Below are positions 8,796 through 19,100 of a stretch of DNA of 64,000 nt, in pieces. The notes under the pieces are model-generated. The model had not been told where the DNA came from and ran no database searches. It saw nothing but the letters and a program-made list of their open reading frames with translations. A program made the translations under genes and the position numbers. Location of the stretch: the NCBI GenBank assembly GCA_964421355.1, contig CAYQWX010000001.1, forward strand, positions 60,673-124,672. Reading direction: 5' to 3'. The first letter of the stretch is position 1. The number at the start of each line of letters is the position of its first letter. Source of the DNA: an uncultured Bacteroidales bacterium. Its GTDB lineage: Bacteria; Bacteroidota; Bacteroidia; Bacteroidales; JALTDM01.

Positions 8796-10946
8796 TTAAA
8801 AAGTGATACGCCACACAAGTTTTGCCACTGCTGTAGTTGTTTGTGGTTTTAATAATTCTATTTTATGTATAGGTTCATTATAACCTATGTTATATACAAA
8901 ATAAAAGTCGCTTCCTATTTTGGGTATCCAATGTATTCGGATATTGTATAACATGAAGTTTTCCAGGCTATTATATTGACCGAATACTAAAAAGTTTAAT
9001 TTTGTGTTTAAAGCAAAATTAATATATGAAGCTATTTCATGTGTAGTAATATTTCCTTGTGGTAAGTTTACATAATTATATGTATATTCTTCCGATAGTG
9101 CTAAATGCTTATTTACATTCCACCCCCACGAAGATGAAACTGTATTTATTTTTCCTCCATAAAATCCTCCCCACTCATAACTAAATTCTGTCCATAATGC
9201 ACGCCCTTTATATGATTCTGCTTGCACTTGGTAAGTAAACATTTTATAGTTGCCAATAGGAACTGTAATATTATCCGTGAGATTAAAGGAATAATTTAAA
9301 TTGTCAAAATTTTGTATTAAATTAAATTCTACTCTGTCGCCTGATTTTAGTACTATTCCTAATGGACGTGTTTCATTGTAAAATGTTTCTATTTTACCTG
9401 TAGAATGAGTATAGTTTATCAAAAATCCCCAAGGTTTCAATGTTAATCTTTTTACTCCATATTTGGTAAATACTCGTGGCATGATTCTAAAAAACCAAGC
9501 ATAAAAATCATAATCTGTTCTCCTGATAAAACCTAAATCTGGATTGAAATTTTTCTGCATACTCCCCATTGCCATATAGTTATCTATAAAATCGTTTGGA
9601 TAATCTACATACAAAAAGTAAGATAGTGCATTTTTTTGTGTTTCAAATTTCTTTAAAGAAGTAGAAACTCTTGCAGTAACTACCAGATTTTTATTTTTCA
9701 AAAATTCGGAAGTAATATAAGATGCATCTACCCCTACCATTTGTCCGGAATATGCTTTTGTATATTTATTTGTAAATATTCCTCCTATATAAGATTGTTT
9801 TCCAATCTCATGTTTATATCTAAAAACAGTATTGTTAGATGAGGGTAAAGAGTCTATTTGCCCTTCTTGCATATTCAAAAAACCTATATTTTCTTTTCCA
9901 ACTTTTCCAAACAATCTTGCTCCTGCAATAATTGGAACTTGTCGTCCATCTTCTATTCCTATTTGCCGGGTATAAAATCCCATATTACGATTACCAAGAT
10001 AATAAGAAAAATAATTTTCTCCTTCCAAAAAGAATTGACGTTTTTCGGGATAATATACATTAAAGCGAGATAAATTTACTGGTATCCTATCTGCTTCTAC
10101 TTGTGCAAAATCAGTGAAAGTAGTTAAGTTTAATTTTAATGTAGGAGTAATGTTTATGTTCAAATCGCCTCCGAGTTTTTTTACGGGTACAGGTTTTTGT
10201 CCTTCTGTAGTTTGTATTCCTGCTAATCCATAAGGCTTAAGTTCAAATTTTTGAGAATAAGTAATATTTTTTAATCCAAGTAGCTTTCCTGCATTTACAA
10301 CGGAAAAAATAGAATTGTTCCGTGACCATCCTTGCCACAAAGATTGTTCGTTTTTTGAAATTATATCTCTTTCAAAATTAATAGCCCATACGGGATTGTC
10401 TGTACTCTTGAATTGCAAAGTGTTGAATGGTATAAAAACTTCTGCAAACCACCCTTTGTCTGTAATTTTTGTTTTTGCGTCCCACACCCCATTCCAATCT
10501 TTGTTTGCATCTTCTCCTCCGTAAACTTGCAAGTCAGCCCTTGCTCCATTAGGATTTATAACAAATAAATATCCTGTTTTGTTGTCATTGAAAGGACTTA
10601 ATAATATTTGAAAGTTATCGTCTGTGTAATAGTTGAAATCTATATTTAGATTTTTAGCTACAATTTTTGAAACATCTTTTTGGTAGCACCAAATTCCAAA
10701 ATATAATCCATATTTATTATACACTATGGCTACTTCCGTTTGCTCCGATACAGGTTTGCCAAAATTTAATTCCCGTTGTGTGAAATTAGATATGTGTTGT
10801 GCTTTACTCCATATTATTTCATTGGGCATACCATCAAAGTTTATTTTTTCATTTATTCTTAACGCAGTAATAGTAGATGGATTAGAGTGTTGAGCATTAG
10901 CAAAAAGAGTAATTCCTAATAAAACTCCCAAAAGGATTTTCTTCAT
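8796..10946 (-). CDS. outer-membrane-type protein, CBM9-like N-terminal domain plus DUF5916-like domain
   Basis: Signal peptide, N-terminal INEKINFDG..IWSKA pattern, long beta-rich body ending in an aromatic residue (..WRITF). Assigned from memory of the family. Confidence 0.55.
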   Translation of the reverse strand: MKKILLGVLLGITLFANAQHSNPSTITALRINEKINFDGMPNEIIWSKAQHISNFTQRELNFGKPVSEQTEVAIVYNKYGLYFGIWCYQKDVSKIVAKNLNIDFNYYTDDNFQILLSPFNDNKTGYLFVINPNGARADLQVYGGEDANKDWNGVWDAKTKITDKGWFAEVFIPFNTLQFKSTDNPVWAINFERDIISKNEQSLWQGWSRNNSIFSVVNAGKLLGLKNITYSQKFELKPYGLAGIQTTEGQKPVPVKKLGGDLNINITPTLKLNLTTFTDFAQVEADRIPVNLSRFNVYYPEKRQFFLEGENYFSYYLGNRNMGFYTRQIGIEDGRQVPIIAGARLFGKVGKENIGFLNMQEGQIDSLPSSNNTVFRYKHEIGKQSYIGGIFTNKYTKAYSGQMVGVDASYITSEFLKNKNLVVTARVSTSLKKFETQKNALSYFLYVDYPNDFIDNYMAMGSMQKNFNPDLGFIRRTDYDFYAWFFRIMPRVFTKYGVKRLTLKPWGFLINYTHSTGKIETFYNETRPLGIVLKSGDRVEFNLIQNFDNLNYSFNLTDNITVPIGNYKMFTYQVQAESYKGRALWTEFSYEWGGFYGGKINTVSSSWGWNVNKHLALSEEYTYNYVNLPQGNITTHEIASYINFALNTKLNFLVFGQYNSLENFMLYNIRIHWIPKIGSDFYFVYNIGYNEPIHKIELLKPQTTTAVAKLVWRITF

Positions 10947-10973
10947 ATTTATTATGTGTTAGGTTGTGTTTTG

Positions 10974-10981
10974 CAAAAATA
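10974..10981 (-). promoter_or_regulatory. -7 box (TATTTTTG on the minus strand)
   Basis: TAnnTTTG, 28 nt upstream of the ATG at 10946. Confidence 0.45.
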
Positions 10982-11032
10982 CAACAAAAGGGACAATGTG
11001 TATTTTTATAAATAAAAAAGTGAATATTCAAA

Positions 11033-11830
11033 TTATGCGTGAATCAATCCGAATATTTTTATGGAAACTATTATCAACGCTATCCCTATTATAATTTGGA
11101 ATGTCTTTTCCCATTTCTTTTGAAAAACCAAATTTCCCAGTTCCGCTACATAGTGAATACCTGTCCAAATAGCCATTCCATATACCATTTCTTCATAAAA
11201 CACATGAGGATTGTTAGGTGTTAATAAAGTGTGATGCCAAATAATGGAAAAACTAGAAGCAAAAAAGGTAGTTATTACATTTCCCAAATATACTTTTGCA
11301 GCATTCATTTTCCCAATTTTTATTGCAAATGGCATTTTCAACGGCTTTAATGATGTGCCGATAAAACCTATGGAAAAACCACTAAGCCATGGTCCAAATA
11401 AACTGCAAAACTTGGCAATGCCGGGATGTTCATCTTTGTGATTCAATTCATGAGGTTTAAAATGTATAAAAACCAAACGCAACCCAAAGAGAATAGCTAA
11501 AATTCCGAGGGATATAATTAAAATGTTTTTTGATACATGATGAAATACCCAACTTCCTATATAAGAGGCTATAAAAGTAAATACAGGAATAACTGTAAAC
11601 AGTTTTATTTTTATTTCTTTAGGCAATTGTGCTATTTTATCTTTATTGTCTAAAATTACCATCAAAGCACCCAGCATAATTACCCATAAAAAAATATTTA
11701 TTGCTTCTCCAATTCCTTCCCCTGCAACAAAAATTAACATAAGAATGGTAAAAAATCTATCGAACTTGATTTTTATTCCGGATGTTACCAGCCCCACTAC
11801 CAGTATAATTGCTACAAAATTTTCAATCAT
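11033..11830 (-). CDS. polytopic membrane protein with a His-rich central loop (possibly TSUP/TauE-like)
   Basis: About 8 hydrophobic segments and the loop HFKPHELNHKDEHPG. It is the last gene of the ArsR-led operon. Family assignment is uncertain. Confidence 0.45.
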   Translation of the reverse strand: MIENFVAIILVVGLVTSGIKIKFDRFFTILMLIFVAGEGIGEAINIFLWVIMLGALMVILDNKDKIAQLPKEIKIKLFTVIPVFTFIASYIGSWVFHHVSKNILIISLGILAILFGLRLVFIHFKPHELNHKDEHPGIAKFCSLFGPWLSGFSIGFIGTSLKPLKMPFAIKIGKMNAAKVYLGNVITTFFASSFSIIWHHTLLTPNNPHVFYEEMVYGMAIWTGIHYVAELGNLVFQKKWEKTFQIIIGIALIIVSIKIFGLIHA

Positions 11831-11865
11831 GATTATTTAGTTTTCAAGTTTAATTTTAACGGTAC

Positions 11866-12273
11866 TTATTTTTTTAAGAAGTTTATATGTCCTTCCAATT
11901 TTGTCCCTTTTGAAATAGTATTACTGATAGTTCCAAATTTTAAAATATTTTTATGCCAGTTTTTTAGGTGTTTTTCTTCAATATCTGTCTCTATTTCAAG
12001 CAGGTATTCTATTTTTTCTATTGTAGGTGATGTTGTTGGTCGGAATGCTTTTATTTGTATTTGTGCCGAGCGGTAAGGATATTTTAATATAACGGAATAA
12101 CGTTCTACATTTTTCAAAATACAAGCGGCAAGAGATGATAATAACAACTCTACAGGATTGGGTAAATCAATATCGTTATTAGCGGAAGCATCAAATTGAA
12201 TCACACTATTATTAACAATAGATTTGGCTTCTCCTCCTACTTTACTGTATGCATTTATTTTATATTCTAGCAT
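11866..12273 (-). CDS. OsmC/Ohr family protein
   Basis: 135 aa with LLLSSLAACILKNVE, typical of OsmC. The second conserved Cys appears to be absent (..FGTISNT..). Confidence 0.65.
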   Translation of the reverse strand: MLEYKINAYSKVGGEAKSIVNNSVIQFDASANNDIDLPNPVELLLSSLAACILKNVERYSVILKYPYRSAQIQIKAFRPTTSPTIEKIEYLLEIETDIEEKHLKNWHKNILKFGTISNTISKGTKLEGHINFLKK

Positions 12274-12281
12274 ATTATTTT

Positions 12282-12827
12282 TTATCCATAAATCAATTCA
12301 TAAAGTTCAACAAGTCTTTTTCCCGTAAAATGTGCATCTCTGATAGCTAACGGGTCATATCGAAGGTCTCCCATTTCGGTAAAAGTATATCCAAGTGCTC
12401 CACTGCCTCCTAGAATCATTCTATGTCTTAACATAAAAGCATGGATTGTATTGATGGTGCTTTCTATGTAACGACGTCCGGTAATTACATATCCTCCTAT
12501 CTTGTTTCGTAAAAGACCTTTCATCCACCAAGTTCGCTCCATCAGCATTTTCAATTCACTACTTACATCGGCAAATTGTGACGGACTACCTATAATAATA
12601 ATTTCTGCCCACAACATTTTCTTAAAAACATCTTGCATTTCATCATTTACAACGCAATATCCAGTCGTTTTACACTCTCTACAAGGTCCGCAACCCTTAA
12701 AATTTAAGTCAGAAAGATATACTCTTTCTATTTCTGCTGTTTTAGGAAATTCTTCTAAAGCAGCATCTAACATTTTTGCCGTATTCCCATCTTTGCGTGG
12801 ACTTCCATAAATAGCCAATACTTTCAT
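12282..12827 (-). CDS. iron-sulfur flavoprotein / NADPH-dependent FMN reductase family
   Basis: MKVLAIYGSPRKDGNT flavodoxin-like N-terminus plus a compact Cys cluster CGPCRECKTTGYC (Cx2Cx2Cx5C), as in Isf proteins. Confidence 0.7.
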   Translation of the reverse strand: MKVLAIYGSPRKDGNTAKMLDAALEEFPKTAEIERVYLSDLNFKGCGPCRECKTTGYCVVNDEMQDVFKKMLWAEIIIIGSPSQFADVSSELKMLMERTWWMKGLLRNKIGGYVITGRRYIESTINTIHAFMLRHRMILGGSGALGYTFTEMGDLRYDPLAIRDAHFTGKRLVELYELIYG

Positions 12828-12844
12828 AATTTATTTTTTATCAA

Positions 12845-13582
12845 TCAGATTATTTTTATGATTAATTTTATGGCCATTAGTAAAAGAATAATAGCCAATA
12901 TTTTTTTAACAGTTCCCGCATGCAATCTTTTTTGCATAAATATTGTTCCTGCTGTAGCACCAATTATTCCTCCCGTGGAAGCTATTAAAATAATTTTCCA
13001 ATCTATGTTTCCCATTGCCCAGTAAGTCAGGAATCCTGAAAAAGAAGAAAAAGGTACAACAAACGCGGTAATTGCAGTGATTTTTTTAGGATTAAATCCC
13101 AAAAGAAGCATTAATGGTGAAATAATACCTCCTCCTCCTATCCCTAACAATCCTGATAATAATCCTGCGATACCTCCAACTAAACTTAATGCTGCATAAG
13201 GACGATCTTCTCGGTAATTTTCTTTATCCTTCTTTTTGTGGAACAGAAACATAATACCTGAAAATAATAGAAATCCGATAAATAACAGCAATATTATTTT
13301 GTTTGATATAAATTTGGAAAGATAGGCTCCGACGATAGCAAAAATAAATGAAGATATAATAATAGGGATACCGATTTTAAAATCCAATCGTTTATTTTTA
13401 ATATTGTTGATGCTAGCTCCTGTTAAACTTACTGTATTGTAAAATAGTCCTACAGGCTTGGCTATATTGATAGGTATGCCAAGAGATACAAGAATTGGAA
13501 TAAAGATAATGGCAGCACCAACTCCTCCAAGTGAAAAGATAAATGAAGCGATGAGTGATATAAATAAGATAAGCCAGTCCAT
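12845..13582 (-). CDS. TSUP (TauE/SafE) family anion permease
   Basis: 245 aa with 7-8 TM segments and two Gly-rich repeats (LGGVGAAIIFIPIL and GIGGGGIISPLML). Confidence 0.8.
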   Translation of the reverse strand: MDWLILFISLIASFIFSLGGVGAAIIFIPILVSLGIPINIAKPVGLFYNTVSLTGASINNIKNKRLDFKIGIPIIISSFIFAIVGAYLSKFISNKIILLLFIGFLLFSGIMFLFHKKKDKENYREDRPYAALSLVGGIAGLLSGLLGIGGGGIISPLMLLLGFNPKKITAITAFVVPFSSFSGFLTYWAMGNIDWKIILIASTGGIIGATAGTIFMQKRLHAGTVKKILAIILLLMAIKLIIKII

Positions 13583-13618
13583 GGTTTATCGCAGATACAC
13601 TATTGTTTTGATAAAAAA

Positions 13619-13906
13619 TTATTCAAAAAATTTTTTGAATAATTTTTCTGCTTTTTCCCAATTTCCCTGATTTATACAATATTTTACTTTAGGTGGGGTT
13701 ACTTCTCCTTGGATTAACCCTGCTTCTTTTAATTCTTTCAAGTGTTGGGATACTGTTGATTGGGCTATAGGTAAAATATCTACTAACTCTCCAGTAAAAC
13801 AAAAAGGACTTTTGGATAAATATTGTAATATTTGCACTCTGATAGGATGTCCCAGAGCTTTTGCAAATCTAGCTAATTGCTTTAATTCAGTGTCGTTTAA
13901 GGTCAT
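13619..13906 (-). CDS. ArsR/SmtB family transcriptional regulator
   Basis: LGHPIRVQILQYL..STVSQHLKELKEAGLI winged HTH. I chose the ATG at 13906; the TTG at 13933 overlaps a -7 box. Confidence 0.85.
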   Translation of the reverse strand: MTLNDTELKQLARFAKALGHPIRVQILQYLSKSPFCFTGELVDILPIAQSTVSQHLKELKEAGLIQGEVTPPKVKYCINQGNWEKAEKLFKKFFE

Positions 13907-13930
13907 GATTCTAATATATTTTGCTTGTGG

Positions 13931-13938
13931 CAAATATA
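13931..13938 (-). promoter_or_regulatory. -7 box (TATATTTG on the minus strand) for the arsR operon
   Basis: TAnnTTTG, 25 nt upstream of the ATG at 13906. Confidence 0.45.
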
Positions 13939-13944
13939 TAAATT

Positions 13945-13962
13945 TATCGTTAAAATACGATA
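13945..13962. promoter_or_regulatory. inverted repeat TATCGT-N6-ACGATA, candidate ArsR operator
   Basis: Perfect 6-bp arms immediately upstream of the -7 box of the arsR operon. Confidence 0.35.
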
Positions 13963-14025
13963 GAAGAGATTTTTTTAATTGATTTTATTCCCTAAGGTGT
14001 ATTATTAAGGATTTAACAACTTTTT

Positions 14026-15979
14026 TCAGTTTTTCTTAACAATCTTTAACATAATTCCATCATCAAACTTGATTATATATATTCCACTTTTCATATCAGG
14101 AATATTTATTTGAGTTTTTTTCAAGATAGCATTGTGGTATATAACCTGTCCTTTAGAGTTTATGATATCAAATTTCACTTTTTTATTATTTTGTGGTCTT
14201 TCTATTATGAAATTATCCGAAGTAACAGGATTTGGATAAACTTTAATTTTTTCATTGTTGTTATTTATAATTTCTAATTCTGTTGTTAAATCTACATTTA
14301 TGATATTTGAAGTGTCTGAGCTACATACGCCATTACTAACAATGTCGTAATAATTTCCATTTTCTGTTACAGTATAATCTTGTCCGGTAGCACCATTTAT
14401 TGGACCGTTCTGATTATACCATTGATTTCCGGAAGTTACATTTGAGTGTAAGATGTTTCCATTTTGCAAAGAGATTAGGGGAGTTTGAGGGATGTCCATT
14501 ACCACTACTGTTTTAATGATACTATCTTGGTGTTCTGTAGCCACTCCATTTATTGTTTTTAACTTAACCTCGTATGTTCCGGGAGAAGGAAACGTGTAGG
14601 TAAATCCTCCTTGTATCGTAGTGTCAATTGTTCCGTTATTATATATGTCCCATTGGTAAATTGTTTCGGTGTGTGCACCTGTTGTTAGATCAGTAAAAGT
14701 AGTTGGTGTACCTACGCAGACTGTGTCAGTAGTGAAATTTGCATGGATTATAAAATAATTAAATAACTGAATCATAGACACTTCCACGTTTTCTAATGAG
14801 CCAACTATAACATAGCTTCTATATTTGTAGATACCTGCCGGAACAGGAGATTCTCTAAATACGCAATTCCATTTGGTGCAACTTGGAAATCTGAATCTTC
14901 CATATCCTACGTTTGTCCAATTGTGTTGGGGTAAATAAGGAGAATATATGCCCATAGCATAATTACTATCAGTAGTAGAGAAGATAATGGGTAAGTTTTG
15001 TTCTCCGGGACCATCACTAAGAGGTGTTAGTGTATGTGTTTGAGGTTCAAAAGTATAAAAATCGGAAAATTCGGTAGGCATATATCCTGTTACGACTTCA
15101 AAAACTCCACTATTATAATTTTTTGAAATATCAAATTCTGTTTTATATTCAATTACATGTGCCATTCCTGGCATTCCGATTGTTACACTTTTTCGAAAGT
15201 ATTGAGAGGCTCTTTGTGTTGTGTTTATTGCTGTGCCGCAGGAAGAGGAGTCTCCTGGTTGTATCCAGAAAGCTGGTAGGGTTTGTGTTTCCAAATGGTT
15301 GCCTGAAGCATTTATATATTGTAAAATACTAAGGCTGGTATCTCCTGTGCCATTTTCAGAACAACCTGCTTCTGTAGGATTATAACATTCGCCATAATTA
15401 TTGAAAGAAGTTGCGGATTGTAATTCTCTACCATGATCATAGGCATCTATAAATTCTTTACCTAGCCAAGTTAGAGAACTGATAGCTCCTGCAATCGTTG
15501 GGTAGTTGTAATTACTATGTCTGAAGGTCCTGCAGTATTACTTATAGATGTGTCTCCGTTTGGAGGTTGAATAGTAAAAGCAGGACAATGTGTTAAGGAA
15601 GGATTGGGGGCTGGATCTCCTTCGTTTATGGCATTATGGCATATACTATTACTTCGTGTGCATAACTGGTATCAAATCCTGAAATAGTAAAAGAAAAACC
15701 ATGTTCGGGATTGGGAGTTACTCCTGCACTTACCAAATCAGGACGAGATTCATTTGCAATAACATCAGCATAAAGACGTCCATCTATATAAACATGCACA
15801 TGAATAGGTGCAGTCCCTGCATCCTCGTCATAAGCCCAACCGTTGCCTCCATGAGGGTCTACATGATCTAAAAAACCAATAGGGTTGTGTTGAGAGTTTG
15901 CTTTAAAAGATAATACGAATAATATGGAGATTAAAACTATAATTTTTTCTGATAATAAAAAGTTGAATAAATTTCTCAT
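14026..15979 (-). pseudogene. frameshifted gene for a secreted T9SS cargo protein (PKD-like domain plus T9SS C-terminal domain)
   Basis: The N-terminal piece 15979..15626 has a signal peptide. A middle frame is open roughly 15474-15650. The C-terminal frame is open from 15537 to 14026. Two or more frame changes are needed to join them. Confidence 0.7.
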
Positions 15980-16199
15980 GTTTAAAATTTTTTACAAAAA
16001 AAGATAAAATTATTTAGATTACAAAATTTACTATATTGAGTTTTCTTTTCATACATACCGAACAATTCTGTCTAAAATTATTTTTGAACCAACATGCTAT
16101 TTGATTATCAGTAAATTAATCGTGTTTCCACTTTCGGGTTGAGCCCAAAGTGCTAAAAATGTAGTATTCTACCGATTTAAAAGTCATTACTTTTTAGGA

Positions 16200-19100
16200 T
16201 TACAATTTCCTTATTATTTTTTCCAAATGAGTGGCTATACGGTACATTGCAGGTACTACAATGAGTGTTAAGAATGTGGAAAATGTAAGTCCAAACACTA
16301 CTGTCCATGCAAGAGGTGACCAAATAGATGCCATATCTCCACCTGTAAAGAAATGAGGATTAAAATTAGAATACAAGCCGGCAAAATCTATGTTTACTCC
16401 TATTGCCATAGGTAGTAGTCCAAAAATGGTGGTAATAGCTGTAAGTAGTACGGGACGCAATCTTGTTTTTCCACCTTCTATTATACATTTTGTAGCTTCT
16501 TCAAGTGGTAAGAAAGCATCTTCTTCCATTCCAAGTTCAGCTCTTCTACGTTTTTTCAAAAGGTCTATGTAATCTATCAATACTATTGCGTTGTTTACTA
16601 CTATTCCAGCTAATGATACTATACCAATACCTCCCATAACTACTACAAAATCCATTTTTGATAAAGCTATTCCCATAAATACTCCTATTGTGCTGAAAAC
16701 TACGCTTATAAGAATGATAAAGGGTTTTACCACCGAATTGAATTGTGTAATAAGTATTAGCATAATAAGAGAAAGGGCAATGAATAATGCTCGTGTCATA
16801 AATGCCATTGTTTTTGCTTGATCTTCTTCTTTTCCTGCAAATTTGAAACTATATCCTGATGGGGTCTTAAAATCTTTTAGTAATTCTTTTATTTGGTTGT
16901 TTATTTCATTTTCGTTGTATCCTTTTTTTACATTTGCAGATAGAGTAATGGTTCTATCGGTGTTTTTATGGCGTATGCCGTCATAAGAAGTGTTGTATTT
17001 GAGTGAAGCAACTGATGAGATAGGAATACTCATTAGTTTACCTCGTTTATTTCTGAAAATTATTTTTTGATTCATTAAATTATCAAGGTTGTTTCTATAT
17101 TTTTTGTCAAAACGGAGTTCTATGCTGTATTCATCGTCTCCTATTTTATATTTTGATACTTCTTTGCCAAAGAGTGCGGTACGCAATGAAGCTGCTATTT
17201 GTAATGTGGATAATCCGAATCTTCTGGCTTTTTCTCTGTCCACTATCACTAACATTTCAGGTTTGCCTGTAACGAGGTCAACTTTTAATCCTTCCAACCC
17301 AGTAATATTAGCTCCTTTTATTATTGTTTTCATAGAATCTGCAATATTCATTAGTTTGTTGTAGTCTTCTCCTGATATTTCGATTGCTACTGCAGCTTTC
17401 ATTGGAGGTCCTTTTTCGTCTTGTGTTACTTCAAAATATGTACCTGGATATTTATCCGTAAGGCTATCCGATATTTGTTTCATTATTTTAGAAGTACTTA
17501 CTCCATGTCTAAATTCGTAATCGATAAAAGTTATCGTGATAAGCCCATGGTTAGGTCCTGTAACAGAAGGTGCACTTCCAAGTTTGCCTCGTGTTTTAGC
17601 ACCTTGTCCCACATTTACCAATATTGATTTTACAATGTCTTTGTGTGGAGATAATATTTTATTTATCTTTTTTTCTAATGCTTTAGAAAAGTTGTTGGTG
17701 TAATAAATGTTATGTCCTATGGGAACTTCATATTTTATATTTATATAGTTAGGGTCTGATTGTGACCAGAATACTTTGCGCGGTTCTCTTACTTTCATTA
17801 AGACTTGTGCTACTACAAGTAATAAAATTGTGATTAATAGAACTATGTATGGATTTTTGCCTTTTAATGACCAATTTATTGTTGCTTCATACCAGTACTC
17901 CAGTTTGGCAAGAAAAATATCTTTGAACCAGAGTCCCAGTTTTTCAAAAAATAAAATGTTTAATAAAAAGAATATGGATATTGTGGCAAGTATGTTGGCA
18001 ATTGTATAGCTTGAAGCAATATAGAATGGGATTGAGAGTGCTAAAAATGATGCCATTAAAATAAGTTGTTTTTTACGAGGTATTGATTTTTCTTCCTTTT
18101 TAAGAAATGTTTCGGAAAAAACTGGAACTATAACTAATGCTACAAATAGAGACGATGATAAAACGATGATTAATACTATTGGTAAATATTTCATAAATTG
18201 TCCCATTACGGAATTCCAGAATAAAAGAGGGAAAAATGCGGCAAGGGTAGTAGCTGTGGAGGATATAATGGCAACGGCAACTTCGCCTGCTCCTGTTTTT
18301 GCAGCTTCTTTGAGTGGCATGTTTCTTTCTTTGAACAAGCGGTAAATATTTTCTACTACTACTATTGAGTTGTCAACAAGCATCCCAAGTGCAAGTATTA
18401 GTCCGAAAAGAACCACCATGTTTATTTTATAGTGCATTAGAGATAATATTATTATAGAAAGGAACATGGATAGCGGAATGGCTGTGCCTACAAATAGGGC
18501 ATTACGCATTCCTAAAAATAGGAATAACACTAACACAACGAAGAAAATACTCATTATCATTGAGTTTTCCAAGTTGCTCAGTTGTTTTTTTATTAGGTCA
18601 GACTGATCATTTGTGATTACTATATGTAAATTTTGGGGGATTATATTATTTGCTTTGGCTACATTCAATATGTCGTATGCTTTTTGGGTTGCGTTGAGAA
18701 GGTTTTCTCCCGATTTTTTTACAAGTTGTAGTGAGATTACAGGTTTGCCATTCAGACGTGTTAGGCTGTTGGGATCGGCATAGGTTTCTTTTACTTTGGC
18801 AATATCCCGTAAATAAACTATGTTTCCTCTTTCATGTTTTATAATTATATTTTTTATTTGGTCTATGTTTTTGAATTCTGCATCTACACGGATAGATATT
18901 TGTAAGTCTTTGGTTTTTATATCTCCTGCAGACATGTTTACATTTTCATTTTTTACTGCATTTTCAATATCCCGAAAAGTAATATTCATTTGTTCCATTA
19001 GGGTTGGATCTACATTTATTTGTATTTCTTTTTCGTTTATTCCTGTGATTGTTACTTTTGAGACTTCGGGTATTTCTTCAAACTTGTCTTTGAGTTTGTC

